From assembly GCA_041497115.1 (NCBI GenBank), contig JBGQFW010000011.1:2699-66698 (forward strand): a stretch of DNA of 64,000 bases, given 5' to 3'. The DNA is from Candidatus Methylomirabilia bacterium. Its GTDB lineage: Bacteria; Methylomirabilota; Methylomirabilia; Rokubacteriales; CSP1-6. Positions 1-8,623 of this stretch are shown here, one piece after another. The position numbers and the translations under genes were made by a program. Within the stretch, counting starts at the first letter, position 1, and each line of letters opens with the position of its first letter. The notes under the pieces were generated by a model. That model was not told the origin of the DNA and ran no database searches. It saw only the letters and a list, made by a program, of their open reading frames with translations.

Positions 1-305
1 TGCGTGACGCCGGCATGCCGGCCCGGCTCATGATCGACGCCAGCCACGGCAACAGCGAGAAGGACCACCGGCGCCAGCCACTGGTCGTGCGCGACGTCGC
101 CGGCCAGGTGACGCAGGGCGAGGCGGGCATCGTGGGCATGATGATGGAGAGCTTCCTGGTGGACGGGCGCCAGGACCTGCGCGATCCCTCCGCCCTCGTC
201 TACGGCCAGTCCATCACCGACGCCTGCATGAGCTGGGAGACGACCGTGCCGGTGCTGCAGGAGCTGGCGTCAGCCGCGCGCGCCCGCCGTGAGGCGCGGC
301 GCTAA
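1..305 (+). CDS. 3-deoxy-7-phosphoheptulonate (DAHP) synthase class I, C-terminal part (5' truncated by window edge)
   Basis: Motifs MIDASHGNS-KDH, GMMMESFLVDGRQ and YGQSITDAC are typical of AroF/G/H. Confidence 0.93.
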   Translation, partial: RDAGMPARLMIDASHGNSEKDHRRQPLVVRDVAGQVTQGEAGIVGMMMESFLVDGRQDLRDPSALVYGQSITDACMSWETTVPVLQELASAARARREARR

Positions 306-310
306 ATTAG

Positions 311-1426
311 CTAGTCCGTCACGCTCTCGAGCACCAGGCGCACGAAGCCGTCCATCGCCCCCTTCTCGATCCAGCGCACGACCGCGAGGAGATCGTGGTC
401 GGGGTCGATCCAGATGACGTTGCTGCCGGCGCCGCGGGCGGCGTAGGAGGACTCCGGCGCGCTCGGCAGCTGCGCGCGGCCGGTGTTGAGCCACCACAGC
501 AGGCCGTACTGCGGGTTGACCGGGCACGGCCGGCGCATCTCGGCGACGAACCGCGCGTCGAGCAGCCGGTAGCCGCGCCACGCGCCACCGCGGTGCACGA
601 ACAGCGCGAAGCGCGCGTGGTCGCGGCTGGACATCCACAGGCCGCCGCCCCAGTGCGAGCCGCCCGGCACCGACGGCAGCCGCTGGCCGTCGAGATCCAC
701 CCACGCGTTGCGGTAGGGATGCCACTGCCACTCCGACGACGCGCCGATCGGGTTCATGACGGCGTCGCGCAGCACGTCGGGCAGCCCGCGGCGGAAGCGG
801 TGCAGCAGCGACAGGCTCAGCCGGTTGACGCGGACGTCGTTGTACTCCCACAGCGTGCCCGGCGGCTGCAGCGGGCGGGGCTGGCCCTTCTGGGCGCGGC
901 CCAGCTCGCTCTTGCCCACGTCGCGGTTGTGGTCGATCGTGTCCGCCTTGCCCCACAGCGTCCCCTGCCACTCGCTCGTCTGCTGCAGCAGGTGGCGCCA
1001 GGTGATCGCGCGGTTCTCCTCGGAGGCGAAGCCGTCGTCGATCGCGGTCGCGGCCACGGGCTCGTCGAGGTCGCCGATGAGCCGGCGGGCGAGCGCGAGG
1101 CCGGCCAGCACGGCCAGGTAGCTCTTGGCGATGCTGAACGACATGTCGGCGCGCTGGGTGTCGCCCCACTCGGCGACGACGTAGCCGCCGCGCACGATCA
1201 GCCCGTTGGGCTCCTTGCGCGGCCGGATCGGCCCCAGCACCTCGGAGTCGGCGGGCTCGTCGGCGACGCCGATGTAGCGGCCGCTCTCGGTGATGAAATC
1301 GCGCGGCCACGTGCTCTCGTGGGCGCGGTGGTACTCGGCGGCGGCGGCCAGCCCGTCCTCGCGCAGGCCGAGCTCGCCGGGCGGCTTGGCCTCCCACTCG
1401 CGCGGCGTCGGAAAGTAGTTCCGCAC
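311..1426 (-). CDS. Serine hydrolase, beta-lactamase/6-aminohexanoate-dimer hydrolase family
   Basis: SxxK motif (FSIAKS), YxN-like WEYND, LLQQTS, and ARGAG near the C-terminus. Confidence 0.85.
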   Translation of the reverse strand: MRNYFPTPREWEAKPPGELGLREDGLAAAAEYHRAHESTWPRDFITESGRYIGVADEPADSEVLGPIRPRKEPNGLIVRGGYVVAEWGDTQRADMSFSIAKSYLAVLAGLALARRLIGDLDEPVAATAIDDGFASEENRAITWRHLLQQTSEWQGTLWGKADTIDHNRDVGKSELGRAQKGQPRPLQPPGTLWEYNDVRVNRLSLSLLHRFRRGLPDVLRDAVMNPIGASSEWQWHPYRNAWVDLDGQRLPSVPGGSHWGGGLWMSSRDHARFALFVHRGGAWRGYRLLDARFVAEMRRPCPVNPQYGLLWWLNTGRAQLPSAPESSYAARGAGSNVIWIDPDHDLLAVVRWIEKGAMDGFVRLVLESVTD

Positions 1427-1461
1427 GCCGCCATCATACCGGCGATGCTACCATTCCGGCC

Positions 1462-2883
1462 ATGAGCCTCGACACCGCCCGCACCCGCGACTTCGTGCAG
1501 CGCGCCTGGGACAGCGACATCGTCCCCACCCTCACCGAGTACATCCGCATCCCGGCCAAGTCGCCCCTGTACGACGCGCAGTGGGCGGAGCACGGCCACA
1601 TCGAGCGGGCCGTCACGCTCATCACCGACTGGGCGCGGCGTCGGAAGATCGAGGGGCTCGCGATCGAGGTCGTGCGCCTGCCGGGCCGCACGCCCGTCAT
1701 CCTCATGGAGACGCCGGGCACGGGCGGCGACACCGTCCTGCTCTATGGCCACTGCGACAAGCAGCCGGAGATGGTCGGCTGGGCGGAGGACGGCGGCCCG
1801 TGGACGCCGGTGCGGCGGGGCGACCGGTTGTTCGGCCGGGGCGCCGGCGACGACGGCTACGCGGCCTTCGCCGCGCTCACCGCGATCGAGGCGCTGCAGG
1901 CGCAGGGCGTCCCCCACCGCCGCTGCGTCGTGCTGATCGAGGCCGCCGAGGAGAGCGGCAGCCCCGACCTGCCCGCCTACGTCGAGAAGCTGGCCGATCG
2001 CATCCGGCCAGGGCTCGTCGTCTGCCTGGACTCCGGCTGCGGCGACTACGAGCACCTGTGGGCGACGACGTCGCTGCGCGGCGTGGTGAGCGGCACGCTG
2101 ACGGTCGAGGTCCTCGACGAGGGGGTGCACTCCGGCGCGGCCGGCGGGATCGTGCCCTCGAGCTTCCGCCTCCTGCGCCAGGTGCTCGACCGGATCGAGA
2201 ACGCGCGCACCGGCGAGGTCCTCGTGCGCGAGTGCCACGTCGAGATTCCGCCCCATCGCCTCGCCGAGGCGCGCGCGGTCGCCGCCGTGCTCGGCGACGA
2301 CATCTGGCGGCGCTTCCCCTACGCCGACGGCACGCAGCCGGTGACGAAGGACAACGTCGAGGCGCTGCTGAACAACACGTGGCGCCCCGTGCTGGCGGTC
2401 ACCGGCGTCGGCGACATCCCGGCGCTCGCCGACGCCGGCAACGTGCTGCGTCCGAAGACCTCGCTGAAGCTCTCGCTGCGGCTGCCGCCCACGTGCGACG
2501 CTGCGCGGGCCGTGCAGCGCGTGAAGGAGACGCTCGAGGCCGAGCCGCCCTACGGCGCGCGCATCACGTTCTCCACCGGCGAGCGGCCGGGCAGCGGCTG
2601 GAACGCCCCGGCGATGGCCGGCTGGCTCAGCGACTCCGTCGGGCGCGCGTCGAGCGCCCACTTCGGCACGCCGCCGATGTTCGACGGCCTCGGCGGCTCC
2701 ATCCCGTTCATGGACATGCTGGGCAAGCGCTTCCCCGAGGCGCAGTTTCTCGTGACCGGCGTGATGGGTCCCGGCTCCAACGCCCACGGCCCCAACGAGT
2801 TCATCGACCTGCCGACCGGCGTGCGGGTCACCGCGTGCGTGGCCAGCGTGCTGGCCGACCACGCGACGATGGGCGGGCGATGA
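1462..2883 (+). CDS. M20/M25/M40 family metallopeptidase
   Basis: YGHCDKQP, GRGAGDDG, EESGS and SNAHGPNE motifs. Confidence 0.9.
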   Translation: MSLDTARTRDFVQRAWDSDIVPTLTEYIRIPAKSPLYDAQWAEHGHIERAVTLITDWARRRKIEGLAIEVVRLPGRTPVILMETPGTGGDTVLLYGHCDKQPEMVGWAEDGGPWTPVRRGDRLFGRGAGDDGYAAFAALTAIEALQAQGVPHRRCVVLIEAAEESGSPDLPAYVEKLADRIRPGLVVCLDSGCGDYEHLWATTSLRGVVSGTLTVEVLDEGVHSGAAGGIVPSSFRLLRQVLDRIENARTGEVLVRECHVEIPPHRLAEARAVAAVLGDDIWRRFPYADGTQPVTKDNVEALLNNTWRPVLAVTGVGDIPALADAGNVLRPKTSLKLSLRLPPTCDAARAVQRVKETLEAEPPYGARITFSTGERPGSGWNAPAMAGWLSDSVGRASSAHFGTPPMFDGLGGSIPFMDMLGKRFPEAQFLVTGVMGPGSNAHGPNEFIDLPTGVRVTACVASVLADHATMGGR

Positions 2884-4280
2884 GAGGGATCGTCGGCTAC
2901 GGCGTCTACCTGCCCTACTGGCGGCTCGAGCGCAAGGCGATCGCGGAGGCGCTCGGCACGCCGGCGGGCGCGGGCACGCGCGCCGTCGCCTCGTACGACG
3001 AGGACACGACCTCCCTCGCCGTCGAGGCCGGGCGCTCCGCGCTGCGCGGAGGGTCCATCGTGCCGCAGACGCTCTACTTCGCGACCTCCGATCCCGCGTA
3101 CCTCGACAAGACCAACGCCACCGCGATCCACGCCGCGCTCGACCTGCCGACCTCCGCGTTCGCCGCCGACATGGTCGGCGCGGTGCGCTCGGCGGTGGGC
3201 GCGATGCGCGCGGCCCGCGACGCGCGGGGCCCGGCGCTGGCCGTCCTCAGCGACATCCGCACCGGGCTGCCCGGCGGGGCGGACGAGCGCGACGGCGGCG
3301 ACGGCGCCGCCGCGTTCCTGTTCGCCGACGACGCGTCCGACGCGCGGGTGATCGCCGAGCCGCTCGGCGCCGCCTCGGCCACCGTGGAGTTCCTCGAGCG
3401 CTGGCGGCTGCCCGGCGAGATGGCCTCGCACCAGTGGGAGGAGCGCTTCGGCGAGCACGCCTACGTGCCGCTCGGCGAGGCCGCGCTGACCGAGGCGCTC
3501 AAGCACGCCGGCGTGACGGCGCCGGCGATCACGCGGCTGATCGTCGCCGGACCGCACGGCCGCGCGGTGCGGCGCGTGGCGGCGTCGGCCGGCGTCAGGA
3601 AGGACGCGATCGCCGACGACCTCTCGGCCACGGTCGGCAACGCGGGCGCCGCCCACGCCGGGCTGATGTTCGCCGAGGCGCTCGACGGCGCCAAGGCCGA
3701 CGACCTCGTCGCCGTCGTCTCGCTGGCCGACGGCGCCGACGCCAGCGTGTGGCGGGCGACCGGCGCGCCCCACCGCGCCGCCGGCCTCGCCGCCCGGATC
3801 GCCGGCGGCGCGCGCGTGAGCTATCCGACGTTCCTCGCCTGGCGCGGCTTCCTCAAGCGCGAGCCACCGCGCCGCCCCGATCCGCAGCCGCCCGAGGCGC
3901 CACCCTCGCTGCGCGCCGAGGCGTGGAAGTTCGCCTTCACCGGCAGCCGCTGCCAGGGGTGCGGCACGTGCCACCTGCCTCCGCAGCGCGTCTGCGTGAA
4001 GTGCCACGCGGTGGACCGCATGACGCCCGAGCGGCTGGCCGACGTGCCGGCGACGATCGCCACGTTCACGGTGGACCGCCTGGCCTACTCGCCGTCGCCG
4101 CCGATGGTGGTGGCGGTGCTCGACTTCGAGGGCGGCGGCCGGTTCCAGTGCGAGATGACCGATGTCGATCCCAAGGCCGTGAAGCTCGGCGACCGCGTCG
4201 CCATGACCTTCCGCCGCATCCTCACCGCCGGCGGCGTCCACAACTACTTCTGGAAAGCCAGACCGCTGTCGACCACATGA
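2880..4280 (+). CDS. HMG-CoA-synthase-like domain fused to a DUF35 Zn-ribbon/OB-fold domain
   Basis: Starts at ATG 2880 overlapping the upstream TGA. N-terminus GIVGYGVYLP...DEDTTSLAVEA and GGDGAAA. C-terminus CQGC...CVKC followed by OB fold (GDRVAMTFRR...YFWKARP). Confidence 0.85.
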   Translation: MRGIVGYGVYLPYWRLERKAIAEALGTPAGAGTRAVASYDEDTTSLAVEAGRSALRGGSIVPQTLYFATSDPAYLDKTNATAIHAALDLPTSAFAADMVGAVRSAVGAMRAARDARGPALAVLSDIRTGLPGGADERDGGDGAAAFLFADDASDARVIAEPLGAASATVEFLERWRLPGEMASHQWEERFGEHAYVPLGEAALTEALKHAGVTAPAITRLIVAGPHGRAVRRVAASAGVRKDAIADDLSATVGNAGAAHAGLMFAEALDGAKADDLVAVVSLADGADASVWRATGAPHRAAGLAARIAGGARVSYPTFLAWRGFLKREPPRRPDPQPPEAPPSLRAEAWKFAFTGSRCQGCGTCHLPPQRVCVKCHAVDRMTPERLADVPATIATFTVDRLAYSPSPPMVVAVLDFEGGGRFQCEMTDVDPKAVKLGDRVAMTFRRILTAGGVHNYFWKARPLSTT

Positions 4281-4327
4281 GGACGGGCGCTTCGAACCGG
4301 TGAGGATCATCGCCAACTAACCCCGTT

Positions 4328-4364
4328 GGGGGGGTGTCGGGGGGGAGCGGCGGTCGCTCCCCCC
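4328..4364 (+). repeat. Intergenic G-rich hairpin element, variant of the dispersed repeat family
   Basis: GGGGGGGTGTC followed by a 10-bp stem GGGGGGAGCG/CGCTCCCCCC. Shares the GGGGGGTGT-GGGGG...CCCCC layout of the 6564-6635 element. Confidence 0.55.
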
Positions 4365-4388
4365 TGATACAAACAATAAGGACAAGAC

Positions 4389-5588
4389 ATGGCCAGCAAC
4401 GGCATTCGTGATCGCGTGGCGATCGTCGGGATGGGGTGCACGCCGTTCGGCGAGCGCTGGGACAAGGGCGCCGGCGACCTGCTGGTGGACGCCGCCGGCG
4501 AGGCGCTCATCTCGGCCGGCATCGAGCTGCCCCAGGTGGACGCGTTCTGGCTCGGCACGCTCTTCTCCGGCCAGAGCGGGCTCACCCTCTCGCGCCCGCT
4601 GAAGATCGACTACAAGCCGGTGAGCCGGCTCGAGAACTACTGCGCGACGGGGTCGGAGGCGTTCCGCAACGCTTGCTACGCGGTCGCCTGCGGCGCTTAC
4701 GATGTCGCCATGGCGATCGGCGTCGAGAAGCTGAAGGACTCGGGCGTCTCGGGGCTGCCGGGCACCCGCGCCGCCGGCGACGGCACCGCGGCGGCCATGA
4801 CGGCGCCGGCGATGTTCAGCCTGCTGGCGCCGGCGTACGCCCGGAAGTTCGGGATCGAGGAGGCCCAGCTCAAAGAGGTGATGACACGCATCGCCTGGAA
4901 GAACCACAAGAACGGCAGCCTCAACCCGCGCGCCCAGTTCCGCAAGGAAGTGGCCAAGGAGACGATCGCGTGCTCGCCGCTGGTCGCCGGCGCGCTCGGG
5001 ATCTTCGACTGCTCGGGCGTCAGCGACGGCTCGGCGGCGGCGATCATCGTGCGCGCCGAGGACGCCCACCGCTACACCGATCACCCGCTCTACGTGAAGG
5101 CGCTCTCGTTCGTGGCCGGCCCCGCCGCCGGCCCCCTCGATCCCGACTACGACTACACGACGTTCCCGGAGGTCGTCGCCTCGGCCTCCGACGCCTACGC
5201 GCAGGCCGGCATCAAGGACGCGCGCCGCGAGCTGGCGATGGCCGAGGTCCACGACTGCTTCACGCCGACCGAGCTGGTGCTGATGGAGGACCTCGGCTTC
5301 TCCAGCCGCGGCACCGCGTGGAAGGACGTGCTGGCGGGGACGTTCGATCTCGACGGCGAGCTGGCGGTGAACCCCGACGGCGGGCTGAAGTCCTTCGGCC
5401 ATCCGATCGGCGCCTCCGGCCTGCGCATGCTCTTCGAGTGCTGGCTGCAGCTGCGCGGCCAGGCCGGCCAGCGACAGATCGCCAGCGTGGGCCGCGGTCG
5501 CACGCTGGCCCTCACCCATAACCTCGGTGGCGCGCCGGGCGAGTGCGTCTCGTTCGTCGGCGTCGTCGGATCGGAGCCCAGCGCCTGA
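4389..5588 (+). CDS. Thiolase, SCP2/archaeal-type (acetyl-CoA acetyltransferase family)
   Basis: ENYCATGS catalytic Cys, SDGSAA, EVHDCF and GHPIGASG motifs. Confidence 0.92.
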   Translation: MASNGIRDRVAIVGMGCTPFGERWDKGAGDLLVDAAGEALISAGIELPQVDAFWLGTLFSGQSGLTLSRPLKIDYKPVSRLENYCATGSEAFRNACYAVACGAYDVAMAIGVEKLKDSGVSGLPGTRAAGDGTAAAMTAPAMFSLLAPAYARKFGIEEAQLKEVMTRIAWKNHKNGSLNPRAQFRKEVAKETIACSPLVAGALGIFDCSGVSDGSAAAIIVRAEDAHRYTDHPLYVKALSFVAGPAAGPLDPDYDYTTFPEVVASASDAYAQAGIKDARRELAMAEVHDCFTPTELVLMEDLGFSSRGTAWKDVLAGTFDLDGELAVNPDGGLKSFGHPIGASGLRMLFECWLQLRGQAGQRQIASVGRGRTLALTHNLGGAPGECVSFVGVVGSEPSA

Positions 5589-6565
5589 TGGCTACCAAGA
5601 TCATGTTCTCGCCGAAGTTCCCCAAGTCGATCTTCGACGTCGCGGTAGAGATGACGCCGCCCGGCTTCGAGCTGGTCCCCGTCGACGCCACCGGCCCGCA
5701 GTTTCTCGAGGTCGCGCGCGACGCGGAGTACTTCATGGGCTTCGGCCGCAACCCGCTGAGCACCGACTTCTACACCGCCGCCAAGCGGATGAAGCTCGTG
5801 CAGCTCATCAGCGCCGGCTACAACACGCTGGACCTCGAGGCCGCCCGCAAGGCCGGTGTGCCCATCTCCAACAACGGCGGCGCCAACTCGGTGGCGGTGG
5901 CCGAGCACGCCGTTCTGTTGATCCTGGCCACGCTCAAGAAGCTGGCGTGGCAGCACAAGAACTGCGTGGAGGGCAAGTGGCGGGTCGGTGACTTCGCCGA
6001 GACGCGCCTCTACGAGCTGGAGGGCAAGACGGTCGGCATCGTCGGCCTCGGCAACATCGGCAAGAAGGTCGCCCGCCGCCTGCACGGCTTCGACGTCACG
6101 ATCGTCTACTACGACATCCTCCGGCTGGCCGAGCACGAGGAGGACGCGCTCGGCGTGCGCTTCGTGCTGCTGGACGAGCTGCTCCGGACGTCCGACGTGA
6201 TCACGCTGCACGTGCCGCTCACGTCGCTGACCAAGGATCTGATCTCCGACCGCCAGCTCAACCTCATGAAGCCGACGGCGGTGCTGGTCAACACCTGCCG
6301 GGGGCCGGTGGTGGACGAGCGCGCGCTGCACAAGGCGCTCATCACCAAGCGCATCTCCGGCGCCGGCCTCGACGTGATGGTGGACGAGCCACCGTCCAAG
6401 GACAACCCGCTGCTCAACGTGGAGACCATCACGATCACCCCGCACACCGCGGGGCCGACGTGGGAGAACTGGCCCAAGGCGTTCCGCAACGCCTTCGACA
6501 ACATCCTGCGCGTCCACGCCGGCCGCAAGCCGATGTGGGTGATTCCCGAGCTGCGGAGGGAATAG
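5588..6565 (+). CDS. D-isomer-specific 2-hydroxyacid dehydrogenase
   Basis: GIVGLGNIG, VNTCRG, LDVMVDEP and TPHTAG motifs. ATG 5588 overlaps the thiolase stop. Confidence 0.9.
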   Translation: MATKIMFSPKFPKSIFDVAVEMTPPGFELVPVDATGPQFLEVARDAEYFMGFGRNPLSTDFYTAAKRMKLVQLISAGYNTLDLEAARKAGVPISNNGGANSVAVAEHAVLLILATLKKLAWQHKNCVEGKWRVGDFAETRLYELEGKTVGIVGLGNIGKKVARRLHGFDVTIVYYDILRLAEHEEDALGVRFVLLDELLRTSDVITLHVPLTSLTKDLISDRQLNLMKPTAVLVNTCRGPVVDERALHKALITKRISGAGLDVMVDEPPSKDNPLLNVETITITPHTAGPTWENWPKAFRNAFDNILRVHAGRKPMWVIPELRRE

Positions 6566-6635
6566 AGGAGGGCCCCGGGTTCCCCGGGGCCCTCCGAACG
6601 GTGGGGGGTGTGGGGGCCATCTCGGGGCCCCCGCT
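6564..6635 (-). repeat. Dispersed ~70-bp two-hairpin intergenic repeat (REP/MITE-like), copy A, between convergent genes
   Basis: Reverse complement AGCGGGGGCCCCGAGATGGCCCCCACACCCCCCACCGTTCGGAGGGCCCCGGGGAACCCGGGGCCCTCCTCT aligns end to end with 26467-26540. Contains a perfect 13-bp stem. Confidence 0.85.
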
Positions 6636-7162
6636 CAAACGACGGGCTTGGCGCCCACCAGGGTGCGCGCCAGCTCGATCTCGCCGAAGTGGGTGAAGCC
6701 GTGCGTGATGCAGACTTCGGCGAGCGCGCGCACGGCCGGCATGTCGCCCAGCGGCTTGATCGTCACGGTGGCGTCGAGCGCCGCCGGGGCGATCTTCGCC
6801 AGGTACTCGTCGGTGCTCGCCCACACCTTCTGGGTGTACTCGCGGAACACGCCGAGGTCCCGGACGCGCAGCGCCTGTGCCTCCTCGGTCGTCATGCCGG
6901 TGCCCTGGGCGACCGGGGGCAGCCCGAGCTTCTCGGCGTAACCGCCCTCCTGCCAGACGATCGGCCGGCGGTTCTGGAGGATGTAGCGCACCACGTTGTC
7001 CTCGGTGCGCACGTAGTGCCAGAGCCCCCACGCGATCGTGTTGGCCCTGGGATGGCCGGCCGGCACCTGGTGCAGCTGCTCGGGCGTGAGCCCCTCCAGC
7101 GACCGGTCGAGCGCCTTGTGCAGCCGTCCCAGCTCCAGCGTGATCAGCTCCGCCGTCGTCAT
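6635..7162 (-). CDS. DinB family protein
   Basis: MTTAELITLEL..., NTIAWGLWH and C-terminal HGFTHFGEI His ligands. SD GAGGAGG upstream. Confidence 0.85.
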   Translation of the reverse strand: MTTAELITLELGRLHKALDRSLEGLTPEQLHQVPAGHPRANTIAWGLWHYVRTEDNVVRYILQNRRPIVWQEGGYAEKLGLPPVAQGTGMTTEEAQALRVRDLGVFREYTQKVWASTDEYLAKIAPAALDATVTIKPLGDMPAVRALAEVCITHGFTHFGEIELARTLVGAKPVV

Positions 7163-7234
7163 CGCACCCTCCTCGTGAGCGTTCGGTTGCGAGAGTGTAC
7201 ACTGAGACGCCCGACCGATCGAAGGAGGCCCCTC

Positions 7235-8023
7235 GTGGTGAAGCGTTTCGCGATCGTGGCGATCGTGGCGGCGGCGCTGGTCGTCCCCGGCGGGGCCCGC
7301 GCCCAGAGCGGCGACGACCTCAAGGCGCTCCGGCAAGAGATCGAGGCGCTCAAGGCGGGCATCGGCGCCGTCCAGCGCGACGTGCAGGAGATCAAGGCGC
7401 TGCTGCAGCAGGGGCGCGCCGCGGCGGCGCCGCCCTCGCCGGTGGCGCCCGACTCGACCGAGGTGAGCGTGGCCCACGCGTTCGCCAAGGGCGGCGACAA
7501 CGCCCGCCTGGTGCTGGTGGAGTTCTCCGACTTCCAGTGCCCGTTCTGCGGCCGCCACGTCAAGCAGACGATGCCGCTGATCGAGCGCGAGTACGTGAAC
7601 ACCGGCAAGCTGCGCTACGTCCTGCGCAACCTGCCGCTGGAGTCGATCCACCCCGACGCGTTCCGCGCCGCCGAGGCGGCGGAGTGCGCGGGCGACCAGG
7701 GCCGCTACTGGCAGATGCACGAGAGGCTCTTCGCCAACCAGCAGGCGCTGGGCGCCGCCGACCTCGTGCGCTACGCCCAGGAGGCGGGCGCCGATCCCGC
7801 GAAGTTCCAGCAGTGCCTGGACGCCGCGCCGCACACCGCCAAGATCCGCGCGGATCTGGCCGATGCCCAGGCCGCCGGCATCACCGGCACGCCGACCTTC
7901 TTCATCGGTGTCGCCGACGGCCCCGGCCGGGTGAAGGCCCTGCGCCGCATCCAGGGCGCCCACCCCTACCCGGTCTTCAAGGCCGCGATCGACGGGCTGC
8001 TGGCGGAAGGCGCGGCGAAGTAG
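7235..8023 (+). CDS. DsbA/thioredoxin-like periplasmic protein
   Basis: Signal peptide, coiled-coil N-region, EFSDFQCPFC and GTPTFF. SD AAGGAGG before the GTG. Confidence 0.88.
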   Translation: MVKRFAIVAIVAAALVVPGGARAQSGDDLKALRQEIEALKAGIGAVQRDVQEIKALLQQGRAAAAPPSPVAPDSTEVSVAHAFAKGGDNARLVLVEFSDFQCPFCGRHVKQTMPLIEREYVNTGKLRYVLRNLPLESIHPDAFRAAEAAECAGDQGRYWQMHERLFANQQALGAADLVRYAQEAGADPAKFQQCLDAAPHTAKIRADLADAQAAGITGTPTFFIGVADGPGRVKALRRIQGAHPYPVFKAAIDGLLAEGAAK

Positions 8024-8033
8024 CCGCGCGGCG

Positions 8034-8621
8034 TTACGGCGTCAAACTCGCGCAGTAGTGCGCGAGGCTCTCGATCTCCTCCGCGGTCAGCGGCTGGGCG
8101 GCCATCGTCATCGTGCCGTCGAGGTCGGAGGCGGTCTGGGCCTTGAAGCCGCGCAGCAGCTTCAGGAGATACACGAGATCCTGGCCGGCCAGCCGCGGGA
8201 CCTGCTTCTGGCCGGTGAGCGTCGGGGTGTGGCAGGACGAGCAGTGGTGCACGCCGGCGAGCTGCCGCCCGGCGGCCGCCTTCCGGAAGTCGATCGACGA
8301 TCCACGCGCCTGCGCCGGCTGCGCCGCGTAGAACGCCGCCAGGTCGGCCATGTCCTCGTCGCTCAGGTTCGCTGCGAAGGGCGACATCTGCTCGTCCTTG
8401 CGCCGGCCGTCGCGGAACTTGATGAGCTGCCAGTGGGTGAAGTACGTCGGCTGGCCGGCCAGCGACGGGATGCCGGCGGTCGTCGCGTTGCCGTCGAGGC
8501 CGTGACATTTGGCGCACGGCTCGGACTTGCGACGGCCCGCCTCGACGTCGGCGGCGGAGGCGACGCTGCCCGCCGCCAGGGCGGCGACGAGCAGCGTCGC
8601 GGTCAGAATCGGACGGACCAG
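8034..8621 (-). CDS. Di-heme cytochrome c4/c553 (probable CTG start)
   Basis: The frame stays open upstream of the listed ORF and adds a signal peptide plus CAKCH and PSLAGQ. Second heme motif CSSCH and PRLAGQ. No ATG/GTG/TTG start is available for the full-length protein. Confidence 0.85.
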   Translation of the reverse strand: MVRPILTATLLVAALAAGSVASAADVEAGRRKSEPCAKCHGLDGNATTAGIPSLAGQPTYFTHWQLIKFRDGRRKDEQMSPFAANLSDEDMADLAAFYAAQPAQARGSSIDFRKAAAGRQLAGVHHCSSCHTPTLTGQKQVPRLAGQDLVYLLKLLRGFKAQTASDLDGTMTMAAQPLTAEEIESLAHYCASLTP

Positions 8622-8623
8622 CG

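Noticed and set aside
1581-4280. Long ORF-track entries that look like fusions (also 15453-17753, 16745-19855, 19114-21000, 25930-29016, 33144-36686, 41604-44174, 59495-61603)
   Set aside because: Their N-terminal parts are Arg/Gly/Ala-rich off-frame read-through caused by stop-codon scarcity in high-GC DNA. The real genes start at internal codons with an SD or a stop-start overlap.
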